NCBI GenBank assembly: GCA_964016885.1
Contig: CAXHJY010000343.1
Coordinates: 124,001 to 188,000, forward strand
Reading direction: 5' to 3'
Source: Eledone cirrhosa
Lineage: Eukaryota
Length of the DNA stretch: 64,000 nt
Positions 13,289 to 24,603 of the stretch are shown here, in pieces (within the stretch, counting starts at the first letter, position 1; every line of letters begins with the position of its first letter). Made by a program: the position numbers and the translations under genes. Below the pieces are notes generated by a model. That model ran no database searches. It had not been told where the DNA came from and saw only the letters and a list, made by a program, of their open reading frames with translations.

Positions 13289-13543
13289 TGTTATTTCCTT
13301 GAGCAAGACACTTTATTTCACATTGCTCCAGTTTACTCAGCTGTAGAAATGAGATGATATGGTCCATATCATTCCACTGCAAAGTGGTCGTGTAGGCGCC
13401 ACAGAAAAAAAGCACCCAGCTCTCACTGTAAATGAGGTTGGTGTTAGGAAGGGCATCCAACTGTAGAAATCAAGCCAGAATCAGTTCCCGTCCCACCCTT
13501 GCAAGCAGGGAAAAAGCGGACGTAAAATGAAATGATGATGATG
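13289..13543 (+). mobile_element. 5'-truncated CORE-type SINE with RTE-like tail, specific to copy A
   Basis: Near-identical to the SINE at 19958-20302; empty site in B (~38985-39000) and C (~56035-56050). Confidence 0.85.
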
Positions 13544-13584
13544 AAATCTATCTCTGTTTCTAAAGTATTCTGTATTATCTCATA

Positions 13585-13604
13585 CTGTTTCTTTCTTATT
13601 TTAG
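13585..13604 (+). other. Putative splice acceptor of the ZNF coding exon
   Basis: CTGTTTCTTTCTTATTTTAG; conserved as ...TTTCAG in B (~38930) and C (~55978). Confidence 0.55.
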
Positions 13605-13951
13605 AATACCAGATGACATTGGGATACATTTTTATTTTCAATCTTGGATACATCACCTCTATTTATCATCATTTGAAGACTAAAACTTTCTAAACACAAC
13701 TTATATAACCCTGTTTATATAAATCTCTCGTAATATTACTGTGAAATATTTCCTCAAAACTGAGTTTATTTTCTTCACTATAAGATGGTTTTGTATTTTA
13801 ACTAAACTTGGATGAAAAAGAAGTTTGTATTATCTTCAGATATGAATTGAAATATAGTTGAGGGAAATATAGAAGATATATTTTTTAGGAATATAATATA
13901 AGAAATATTACAAGTAAAACATTTATATATTCTGTTGAAGAAGGAATAATT

Positions 13952-15382
13952 ATGGAAAATAAATTGACAAAGGAGATTAAATACGAAACACAATCTAAAG
14001 TGTTTAGTATTCCTGGTGAGATGACGAAGGTTCGAGAAGGGAAGCCATATTGCTGTGATATCTGTGGTAAATCATTCTCTGATAGTAGTGCCTTGCCTCG
14101 ACACAAATGTATACATACAGTAGATAAGCCATATCATTGTGAGTTCTGTGGGGTATCATTCTCTCAAAGTAGTGCCTTAACTAACCACAATCGTGAACAT
14201 ACAGGAGAGAAGCCATATCCCTGTGATATCTGTGGTAAATCATTCTCTCATAGTAGTAACTTAGCTTATCACAAACGTATACATACAGGAGACAGGCCAT
14301 ACCAATGTGATATCTGTGGTAAATCATTCTCTCGAAGTTCTACATTAAATAAGCATGAACGTATACATACAGGAGACAAGCCATATCACTGTAATATCTG
14401 TGGTAAATCCTTCTCTCAAAGTGGTACCTTAACTAGCCACAAACGTGTACATACAGGAGACAAGCCATATCACTGTGAGATCTGTGGTATATCATTCTCT
14501 GATAGTAGTACCTTAACTAGACATAAACGTACACATACAGGAGATAAGCCATATCACTGTGATATCTGTGGTAAATCCTTCTCTCGAAGTAGTCACTTAA
14601 CTAACCACAAACCTATACATACAGGAGACAAGCCATATCACTGTGATATCTGTGATAAATCATTCTCTCAAAGTGGTACCTTAACTAGCCACAAACGTTC
14701 CCATAGAGGAGACAAGCCATATCACTGTGATATCTGTGGTAAATCATTCTCTCAAAGTGGTACCTTAACTAGCCACAAACGTATACATACAGGAGACAAG
14801 CCATATCCCTGTGATATCTGTGGTAAATCATTCTCTGTAAGTGGTCACTTAACTAGCCACAAACGTGCTCATACAGGAGACAAGCCATATCACTGTGATA
14901 TCTGTGGTATATCATTCTCTCAAAGTAATGCCTTAACTAGCCACAAACGTATACACACAGGAGACAAGCCATACCACTGTGATATCTGTGGTATATCATT
15001 CTCTCGAAGTAGTCACTTAAATATTCACATACGTACCCATACAGGAGACAAGCCATATCACTGTGATATCTGTGGTAAATCATTCTCTGAAAGTAGTTCC
15101 TTAATTAAGCATAAACGTATACATACAGGAGACAAGCCATATCACTGTGATATCTGTGGCAAATCATTCTCTTTAAGTAGTAACCTAACTACACATAAAC
15201 GTACACATACAGGAGACAAGCCATATCACTGTGATATCTGTGGTAAATCATTCTCTCAAATTAGTCACTTAACTAGCCACAAACGTACCCATACAGGAGA
15301 CAAGCCATATCACTGTGATATCTGTGATAAATCATTCTCTGTAAGTATTAGCTTAACTAGCCACAAACGTATACATACATGA
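13952..15382 (+). CDS. Tandem C2H2 zinc-finger protein A, 476 aa, 16 fingers
   Basis: 32-aa leader, then 16 x CxxC-x12-HxxxH with TGD/EKP linkers; ends at TGA one finger earlier than the paralog C-terminus. Confidence 0.95.
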   Translation: MENKLTKEIKYETQSKVFSIPGEMTKVREGKPYCCDICGKSFSDSSALPRHKCIHTVDKPYHCEFCGVSFSQSSALTNHNREHTGEKPYPCDICGKSFSHSSNLAYHKRIHTGDRPYQCDICGKSFSRSSTLNKHERIHTGDKPYHCNICGKSFSQSGTLTSHKRVHTGDKPYHCEICGISFSDSSTLTRHKRTHTGDKPYHCDICGKSFSRSSHLTNHKPIHTGDKPYHCDICDKSFSQSGTLTSHKRSHRGDKPYHCDICGKSFSQSGTLTSHKRIHTGDKPYPCDICGKSFSVSGHLTSHKRAHTGDKPYHCDICGISFSQSNALTSHKRIHTGDKPYHCDICGISFSRSSHLNIHIRTHTGDKPYHCDICGKSFSESSSLIKHKRIHTGDKPYHCDICGKSFSLSSNLTTHKRTHTGDKPYHCDICGKSFSQISHLTSHKRTHTGDKPYHCDICDKSFSVSISLTSHKRIHT

Positions 15383-15598
15383 GACAAGCCATATCACTGT
15401 GAGATATCATTCTCTGGAAAAAGTAGCCTAACTACTCACAAACTTATACATGCAGAAGAGAAATCATAACTCATTGACATCAGTGATAAATCATTCCCTC
15501 AAATTTGTGAATTAATGAGAATACAAATACATATCTTGTGACATCTGAGGGAAATCATTCTCTTTGAATGTTACATTAACTACACACAAATATATATA

Positions 15599-16766
15599 CT
15601 AGACCTGAAAAATGTGCAAGCTCAAAAGAGCCACAGAATGTTATAATAAACCTTCAAAAGTGTGCGACTAGAGTTGTTGCTCAAAAATATTGTAACCATT
15701 ATCTATCGTACACTCTGTGGCATCCTTTTATAAAAAAGAGACTCATAACGAACTCAAGATGACACAATAATTATTTAAGCTAATGTTCAATATCTCATAT
15801 TAGATGTTTAGTAATGATTAATACGAAATTCACTTAAACCGAATTCTATATTATAAATTCACTTAAATAATTATTGTGTCGTCTTAAGTTCATTATGAGT
15901 CTCTTTTTTATAAAGGATGCCACAGAGTGTACGATAGATAATGATTACAATATTTTTGAGCAACAACTCTAGTCCCACACTTTTGAAGGTTTATTATAAC
16001 ATTCTGTGGCTTTTTTGAGCTTGCGCATTTTTCAGGTCTAGTTTAATATTTTTTTAAGGCAACGCTTGTAATAACTCTAGTTAAACATGATATATATTAA
16101 TAATGAATTATAGTTGTAATGTAATTAGATTATATAATTGTTATTTTATAAATGATCTTATAAATATTATTGTAAGATGTATTAAAATATTTTCAGACTT
16201 TTAATATAAACTACAAAAAACAATCAATATTAAATAAATATATTTTACATAATAATTGTTATAGTTGAATTAATAAAAATTAAATATTACACACAAATAG
16301 TCTAACATAATAATAATAAAATAATCTAACATAAAACGAACAATAATATGGACAAATATACAAGTAAATATGATACAACCAATATTATAAGCATGTTATA
16401 ACAAACTGAAAAAAAAATAGTTAATATAAATTTAAAAAATCATACATAAATTAACAATATAACTTACCAAAACGAGAAAAATATTTTGATGATAAACAAC
16501 GAAATACAGGAGGAAGATTCGAAAGCGAAACGATAAATAAGCGTGCAAACAAAATAGCGGATGCTTTTGAGCAACAATTACTCTCATTGGTTGATTAGCC
16601 AATAAGACGATGAAATTAGCCAATACGACGATACATTACAAAATATGTTTGGGAGGGATCACCATGGCCAGCGAAACCCCTTGAATTTTTTATTCACAAG
16701 CTACGCATATATGTCAAACATGCAGACTTAAAACATTCTGTTGTTAGTCACTGCGTGTCTAACAGA
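15599..16766 (-). mobile_element. Non-autonomous Helitron inserted just 3' of the ZNF A ORF
   Basis: Minus strand reads host A|TC...CTAG|T host, with no TSD and a small hairpin (GCTC-TTTT-GAGC) shortly before CTAG; B (~37095) and C (~53580) show the empty site. Confidence 0.75.
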
Positions 16767-16769
16767 TAC

Positions 16770-17095
16770 AGCTGGGAAGCCATATCACTTTGATATATTT
16801 AGTAAATCATTCTCTAAATGTTGTGGCTTCACTACATACTAACATCTACAGGAGAGGAACTATATCACTGTCATGTCTGAGGTAAAATCTTCTCTAAATG
16901 TTGTGACTTCACTACATACTAACATCTACAGGAGAGGAACCATATCACTGTGATGTCTGTGGTAAATCCTTCTCTAAATGTTGTGGCTTCACTACATACT
17001 AACATCTACAGGAGAGGAACTAGATCGATGTGATGTCTTGTAAAGGTCACTTGATGCAACACAAACACTATCAGACAAGATAAAAACCATATCAC
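16770..17095 (+). pseudogene. Degenerate zinc-finger repeats (80-bp period) downstream of ZNF A
   Basis: CCATATCACTGTGATGTCTGTGGTAAATC-like units; same phase recurs at 16811, 16891 and 16971. Confidence 0.8.
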
Positions 17096-17329
17096 TCACC
17101 CAAAATAGTGCCACCATTGTTGTTAATATTTTGAATAAAACTGTTTTACTAAGAAATTCTTCTTTCATTTTATTTGTAGAAGTTGTAAGCAAGAGTTTTG
17201 CCGACAAAACTGTATTGTTCAGAATTTACACACGTTATATATATGTGAATGTATGTGTGTAGACATTTGTGTCCATTTATATGTGCATATCTGTGTTTGA
17301 TTTATTTGTGTATGTATGTGTGTATATGT

Positions 17330-17955
17330 ACGTCATCTTCAACATCATCAAGATCATCACTGTTTTTATGTCTGTTTTTCCATGCTTGCTTGGTTGGACA
17401 GGTCCTTCTCAACACGGCATCTTTCAACTCGTCATGTTCCTTTGACATGTCCTCTGTGAGAGTCGGTTATTTGAAGTCAGTTCACACAGCCTCTGTCCAG
17501 GTCTTTATTGGTCTACCTCTACTATGGTTTCCTTCTACTGGGATTTCCTGGCACTTCATCACCCAGTGGTCATTATCCATGTTCGTCACATGTCCGTACA
17601 AACACAGTCTTCTCTCTTACACACCACTTCAGATCACTCTTGAACCCAGCTTTTTCTTGAACTTGTCCAAGCTCTGCCTTTCTCTCACACTTTCATAACA
17701 TATCCTACAAAACATGGTTGTTCCATTTCTCTCCAGTCTACATATCCTCTGCAGTCACACCCTTGTTTCGTTACCATGCATCATTGCACATCACCCACAT
17801 GTGTCATACAGTTGTCCTTTTGTACAGAGAGAGAAACCTTTTGTGGTCAACTGTTGCAGTAGCTCTCTAAACTTTTTCCATCCTATCCTTATTCTAGCTA
17901 TTAATCTTTCAGAGCAGTCTCCTCCACTGCTAATTAAGTCACCTAGATTGCAAAA
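17330..17955 (-). mobile_element. RTE LINE 3' fragment
   Basis: LGDLISSGGDCSE..RIRIGWKKFREL similar to 31903-32478; paralogs 35845-36410 and 52325-52940 (+). Confidence 0.85.
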
Positions 17956-18129
17956 TATATTTGTCTGCATACCTAATGAAGGGTGTTTGGAAGTGCCTCC
18001 CCTAATAAACAGTGGTGCCATAACTCAGAAACCAATGGTCACACATACATGGTAAGTTAGCTAAGAATGTAGGTTTTACATTGGTTCACTGCGCTGGAGA
18101 AGTAAGCAGCAATCACGTTTAGGAGACAA

Positions 18130-19187
18130 GCTCTATCAAATATTTAAAGGGTTCCATAGAAGCAGTTGACAGTTTCTGTTACCTGGGGTATCAAATAAGC
18201 AGTGGAGGTAGGTGTTCTGAAAGTACAGTAACCAGAGTAAGAACAAGATGGCAGAGGTTTAGGGTGTTACTACTGCTACTAGCTACAAAAGGTTGTTTCA
18301 TCAATTTGATGTGTGCATATGAACAGCAATGCTGCATTGCAGTGAGGACCTCAGAAGATTGGATAGAAATGAAGCTTAAATTTTCCAATGGATGTGTAAT
18401 ATTAATTAATATACATGAAGGGTAAAGTGTAAATAAACTGAAAGGGAAAAGATACAGTATGCAGGAGAGGAGATTGCTGTGGGTTGGACATGTGATGTGT
18501 ATGAAGGTAGAGATTGCTGTATAAAAGGTTGACCACGTGAAATTGATGAAAGAGGAAGACCTAGGAAAGCTTGGGATGAGGAGGTAAAAACTGACCTGAC
18601 ACCATTGTACCTCTCAAAGGTGATGACACAGGATTGAAATCTCTGGCGTTATATAGTACTGCAGGAGACCTGCATTCCCATGTCCACGGGTTGACACAAC
18701 ATTTAGTGGTTTGAAGTATGCTCTAATTTTCCACCCCTTCACATCTGAACACTCCACAACCTTACCAGCTAAGTACACCACCCTGACCTAACTCGCAAAT
18801 CCCCACCCTACATACACACAACCCCACCCCCACTTTCACATCTGATACACCTCTCTTGACCAACCCATGTATACAAGTATGGAATGCTTAACATGCTCTT
18901 CTCCAATGCGGCTGAAATGGCTAAACCCTCAGGCAACCCTGTAAGGTGGTCGTGCAGGTGTCATGACAAAAGAACACAGAGTCCTCTCTGTTAGGTAATA
19001 TGACAAAAGAGCACCTAACCCTCCCTGCAAGGTAGTCATGCTGGTGACATGACAAATAAGCACCCAGTCCACCCTGTGAGGTAGACTTGACAGAAGGCCC
19101 CTAGCCCAGTCTGTAAAGTAGTCATGCTAGTGGCAAGACTGAAGGGACCCGAAGCACCCTTCAAAGTGGTCAAATTGGTGACATGAC
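18130..19187 (+). mobile_element. Old RTE LINE 3' fragment with degenerate tandem repeats in the 3' UTR
   Basis: DSFCYLG.QISSGG.CSES remnant; paralogs ~33700-35060 and ~51190-51790 (-). Confidence 0.8.
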
Positions 19188-19957
19188 TTGACACCATATT
19201 TTAGTTTACTTCTAAAATATCTCATTTTTAGTTTACTTCTAAAATATCTCATATATTTAAAAATTACTTATTTTTAAAAATTATTATTTATTTCTTAAAA
19301 AAATTACTTTTTAAAGATTATTTAAAATTTTTTTATATTTTTTAAATATTTGAAAACATTTTAAATAGTTTAAGTACTTTTTACGTATTTTATTTTGTTA
19401 AAAAGGTTTTTTGAGTATCTTCTGAGATTAAAAAAAAATTTTTTTTTATTTTTCCAGAAATTTTTTCGAGAACTTAATATTTTTATATTTTTTAATATTT
19501 TTTAATTATTTAATATTAGAGTTATAACCAATAACTAATTCTGGCTAAATATATCTTTCAACATTTATATCTTCGTCAAAATGGTCTCATACTAACTAAT
19601 AAATAAACAAAACTGGGTTTTTCAGTATCTTCCTAATTTAAAACATTAAAAACATATAAATAATCTTATTAACTCAGTTAATTTAATTACTTACACTAAA
19701 TATAAACCAGTATCCCTCATAACTTATTAAAACAATTATCTATAACAGGATATACCCATTTATCCACTCATATATCTATTCTTCTATCTATATATTTCTA
19801 TCTATTGATTCTCCTATTTTCTACTTTATATCTATTTATTTTCAATTTATTTTTCAATGTCTTTATATATATTTATTTTTTCTATATATTTATAATAGTA
19901 AATATTATATTGTATTATATTAGAATTCTAACAATAATTAGTAAATATACGTAACAT

Positions 19958-20302
19958 CATCATCATCATCGTTTCATTTTACATCCGCTTTTTCCCTGCT
20001 TGCAAGGGTGGGACGGGAACTAATGCTGGCTTGATTTCTACAGCTGGATGCCCTTCCTAACACCAACCTCATTTACAGTGAGTGCTGGGTGCTTTTTTTT
20101 GCCGTGGCACCTCCACGACCACTTTGCAGTGGAATGATATGGACCCCAGTCCCTATCATCTCATTTCTACAGCTGAGTAAATTGGAGCAATGTGAAATAA
20201 AGTGTCTTGCTCAAGGAAACAACACATCACCCGGTCTGAGAATTGAACTCACAACCTTTCGATTGCAAGGCCAATGCTCTAACCACTAGGCCATGTGCCT
20301 CC
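19958..20302 (-). mobile_element. Full-length tRNA/CORE SINE with RTE-type tail and TSD
   Basis: GGAGGCACATGGCCTAGTGGTTAG head, B box, CORE-like block, (TGA)n tail; GTAACAT duplicated at 19951-19957 and 20303-20309. Confidence 0.9.
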
Positions 20303-20578
20303 GTAACATTAATATAAACTTAATACTTATTTACGTTACATGAGTTCATCCTCTATAAATGTCTTTCTTCTCTCTATCTCATAACAGTAATTTTTTCTCT
20401 CTCTTTCTTCCCTATCTTTCCCCAGCGTAATTTAAATAAACGGTTGTTTTTTCAATTTTTCATACATTCATTTGCATATTCACACATAACTTTGAATTAC
20501 CCCTAATAATATCCAGCGAATTTCCGACCGTTAAGGTTGATTTCCATGGGTATGTCATTATTTATGAAACAAATTGTG

Positions 20579-20643
20579 TATTTTATCTGATGAAAGCGCA
20601 CCAAGATTGGCTTGGTCGCCCTTGAAATATATATAATAAAATA
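20579..20643 (+). ncRNA. Type I hammerhead ribozyme motif
   Basis: Stem I TATTTTAT/ATAAAATA, core CTGATGA (20587-20593), stem II containing ACCAAG/CTTGGT, GAAA (20624-20627), short palindromic stem III, AUA cleavage triplet. Confidence 0.7.
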
Positions 20644-20658
20644 AATATAGTTTTATAA

Positions 20659-20975
20659 ATCATCATCATCATCAACGTTTTACGTCCGTTCTTCCATGCT
20701 AGCATGGGTTAGACGGGTTGTCCTCTTGTGGGCAGTGTCTGGTCGGCTGACCATGCCTTGCTCATACGGGAACTGATTTTGGCTTGATTACAACTGGATG
20801 CCCTTCCTAACACCAACCTCATTTACAGTGAGTGCTGGGTGCTTTTTTCCGTGGCGCCTACACGTCCACTTTACAGTGGTAAGGTGTGGGGGCATATTGT
20901 CTATATGCTTCAGCTTGTACCCATGGGAGGTCGGGTACTCTGTATTACTGCGTGACGCCAGAGGTCACGGTCATG
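20659..20975 (-). mobile_element. RTE 3' end fragment
   Basis: (CAT)n tail, CTGGATGCCCTTCCTAAC motif and ORF-end remnant similar to 5450-5760. Confidence 0.8.
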
Positions 20976-21035
20976 TGTATATATATATATATATATATTT
21001 TTTCTTTTAACATATATGTGTATATAAAATATATA

Positions 21036-21109
21036 CAGGGTCTCCCCAAAAATGTAAACACTTTCAACTACAGTCTATGTAAATGTGTATACATTTTTTG
21101 GGGACACTG
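21036..21109. mobile_element. Tiny Tc1/mariner-type MITE
   Basis: TA|CAGGGTCTCCCCAAAAA ... TTTTTGGGGACACTG|TA; inverted copy at ~22017-22095. Confidence 0.7.
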
Positions 21110-22160
21110 TAATATACATATCATTAAACGTATCTCCTACATGTGTATAAATAAATATAGATGTATTTTATTAACAATTTTCTGTAGAATCTGTTAAACA
21201 TGGAAGAAAATGTGGAGACTAAATAAAATTAACGTGTTGGTCACATTAACTTAATAATATAACTATATATTAATGAAATATGCCAAAATAAAAGTTGTAA
21301 TTGTAACAAAAATATAGATTCGGTAGTTTATTATGACCAAGATTGAATATTTTATGGAATTAAGTGGAATTTTCTAGGAAATAAGACAGTAAAACAGTGA
21401 AATGTTGAGGTTAAAAGAGACAAAATGTCCTCTCTTTATAAACTTTAATGTGGCTGAATTAGTAGCAGCTCGGCTTACTAAACTCAGCTCTCATCTTACA
21501 AGGGTTCGAATGTCACGTAGTTCACTATAGTGTCTACAGAGTTATCTCCTACTGCTTTTATATAGTACCACTGTTTACTGTAAAGAGGGCGCTACAATAA
21601 TTTACTAGTGTGAGCAGTCTGGCTCACTAACGCCAGGACTAAAGTGTTACCTGGTTTCAACCGGGCTGGTTCCTTAATTTTTAAAAAAGAGTTATCACCC
21701 ATAGCCTTTCAGAGTTTCTTAGTTTACTCGAAAGGTGGCGTGGCGATCTGCTTTTATGAGGTGTAGTAATAGACAATAATATAAGGACGGAGGAGGGGTG
21801 AGAGATAAAAAGACAAAACTGTGTTAATTCTCTCTCCCCCTCTCTTCTTTTACTCTATCTACCTCTTATGTCTTCATTTCACTGTTTTATTGTCTTATTT
21901 CCTAATTCCACTTAATTCCATTAAATATTCAATCTTGGTCGAAATAAATATTTTCATCTGTGACGATCTGTACAACCAATAATAGTAGGAGTCACGTTAC
22001 ATGATATGTCTATATACAGGGTATCCCTAAAATATGTATACACATTTACATAGACTGTAGTTGAAGTGTGTATACACTTTTGGGGGGAGACCCTGTATAT
22101 ATTTTATATATACATATATATATTAAAAGATGATTGATATATAAATATAAACATATATAT

Positions 22161-22480
22161 CATCATCATCATTATCATTTCAGTTTACGTCCGCTTTTCC
22201 CTGCTTACAAGGGTGGGATGGGAACTGATTCTGGCTTGATTTCTACAGCTGGATGCCCTTCCTAACACCAACCTCATTTACAGTGAGTGCTGGGTGCTTT
22301 TTTACCGTGGAATGATAAGGACCCCAGTCCCTATCATCTCATTTCTACAGCTGAGTAAACTGGAGCAATGTGAAATAAAGTGTCTTACTCAAGGAAACAA
22401 CACATCACCTGGTCTGAGAATTGAACTCACAACCTTTTGATTGCAAGGCCAATGCTCTAACCACTAAGCCATGTGCCTCC
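22161..22480 (-). mobile_element. Full-length tRNA/CORE SINE
   Basis: Near-identical to 19958-20302 with a short internal deletion. Confidence 0.9.
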
Positions 22481-23319
22481 ATATATATATATATACACTC
22501 ATATGTCTGTTTATATATATATAAATATACATATATAAAGATATATATACTCTTACTTGCATACAGCTGAAAATGTATATATGTATGTAAACACATACTT
22601 AAACATACATGTATACATATAGATGGACAGTTATACATATACAATAACTTATTTCTATACATACATATACCACAAGTAAGGCATGGTGTTGCCAACTAAC
22701 CAGACCTCCCTCATAATGGACCAGCTAGATCCCAAAATACAGGCCTGCTAGCCAACGCACAGTCCCAATAAGTGTAAGTTACAGCACAGCTATCTGGACA
22801 GACTTGTCTTAAGACTACTCATTATCCCACTACATCTTTTGTGTACTATATATATACTGTTTATATATATATATATACACATATAATTGTGTATTCAAAC
22901 ATTATCCTAGTAATGAAATAATTAACAATTTTAGTAAATTGTTCAAAATTCTTCATTAACCCTTTTGGTAGAAACCCAGCCAAAATTGGTTCTCGTTCTA
23001 TGGAAATGGTTCCTATCTAAATTAAAGTCTTCCAACGAAATTCTATATAACAACCATATGGTAAGTTACTATGTTAGTAATTAACTAACAATTGTGATAA
23101 ATAGCTCAAAATTAGTCATAATTAATTGAAATACAAGGTTCATAATTATAATAAAATCTTCGAATAGGCTACGAAGCCGGGAAACCTGAAAGGTACGCAA
23201 CACACACATCGCTATAGCGTTTCACCAGCCAATTCCTTCCTCAATCATAACATCGATGTGTGTGTATGTAATAATTATTTTGTATCGTGTGTCTATTTAT
23301 GAATATGTATGAGTAGATG

Positions 23320-23750
23320 TAACCCAGTAGATGTGTGTGTGTGTGTAACATAGTAGATGTGTGTGTATGTAACTCAGTAGATGTGTGTGTATGTAACTCA
23401 GTAGATGTGTGTGTATGTAACTCAGTAGATGTGTGTGTATGTAACACAGTAGATGTGTGTGTATGTAATGCAGTAGATGTGTGTGTATGTAACATAGTAG
23501 ATGTGTGTGTATGTAACCCAGTAGATGTGTGTGTATGTAACTCAGTAGATGTGTGTATATGTAACACAGTAGATGTGTGTGTATGTAACACAGTAGATAT
23601 GTGTGTCTAACACAGTAGAAGTGTGTATATAACACAGTAGATGTGTGTATATATAACACAGTAGATGTGTGTGTATGTAACACAGTAGATGTGTGTGTAT
23701 GTAACACAGTAGATGTGTGTATGTAACACAGTAGATGTGTATGTAAGTAA
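23320..23750. repeat. 24-bp minisatellite (CAGTAGATGTGTGTGTATGTAACA)n, ~17 units
   Basis: Direct tandem period; gives the HTHTST pseudo-ORFs. Confidence 0.9.
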
Positions 23751-24279
23751 AGTGTAACGTACTTTACGAATGGACGACAAAATGACTTTAACTTGTTTTT
23801 TTAACAATTGATGGTGGAAAAGATTTTAAATTGTTTCAACTCAGACCATAAAGGGCCGCAACACATGGAGTCTGACACACTTACCGGCTACATAGCGTGG
23901 GAGTCTATTTTACCAGGACCGGCTACATAGCTTCTTCCTAAATTCTTCCAACATAATTTTATACAAGAACCACATGTTAAGTTACTAATAAAATAATTAA
24001 TAATTAAAAACTTTAGTAAATCCTTCCAATGATATCTCAGTAATGAAATAATTAATAATTGTTATAAATACCTCAAAATTCCTCATTAATTAAACCCAAG
24101 ACAGGTAAAAACTCCAGAGTCTTTCAGTCGGACATGAAACAAATTAATTTCTAATGGAAGAAAAGATGTTAAAGTCAGCCAAGGGAGATCACTCTCAGCG
24201 ACTTATTGTAATTCTTGTTCGTGAATTAATCCGGATTAAATTATTCCGGTGTATTTTGTGTGGAGGAAACCGGGTTTAC

Positions 24280-24600
24280 GCGGTGATAGCACGTACATGA
24301 ACGTATGATTCGTGAGTTCGAATCCCAGACCGGGCGGTCCGTACGTTGGGGCCTTGAACAAGACACTTTATTTCTCATTGTTTCATTTCACCCAGCTGGC
24401 AAAAATAAGTTGTACCAGTAATTATAGGAGACGTTGTTACATAGAATTGTCACACTGAATCTCCCTGAGAATAATGTCAATGGTACACGTGTCAATGAAA
24501 TACCCAGGCATATTATAATATAAGATGGGTTCTATATGTATTTAAATAGGAGGCCATGTCACACGTTTTGTCTCGCTGAATCTCCCTGGGAACTACGTAT
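24280..24600 (+). mobile_element. Diverged CORE-type SINE
   Basis: B box GAGTTCGAATCCC followed by CCTTGAACAAGACACTTTATTTC...CAGCTGGCAAAAATAAGT. Confidence 0.65.
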
Positions 24601-24603
24601 ATA

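Larger units (their letters stand above)
1..19187 (+). repeat. Segmental duplication unit A (zinc-finger gene cassette)
   Basis: Reverse complement is colinear with 33958-49205 and, with deletions, with 51190-62790. Landmarks shared in the same order: 5' exon, Tigger-like fragment, SINE, RTE derivative, 49-bp array, ZNF exon, 80-bp repeats, RTE fragments. Confidence 0.92.

Noticed and set aside
19190-19950. Very AT-rich block as a mitochondrial control-region insertion
   Set aside because: No mitochondrial gene or tRNA recognisable; the block continues past the SINE into a hammerhead-bearing tail. BLAST against the mitogenome would settle it.
20230-20302. tRNA gene (also at ~2365 and ~22410)
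   Set aside because: A/B boxes belong to SINE heads that continue into CORE-like and RTE-tail sequence.
23241-23807. HTHTST/VCVC repeat ORFs
   Set aside because: Translations of the 24-bp minisatellite.
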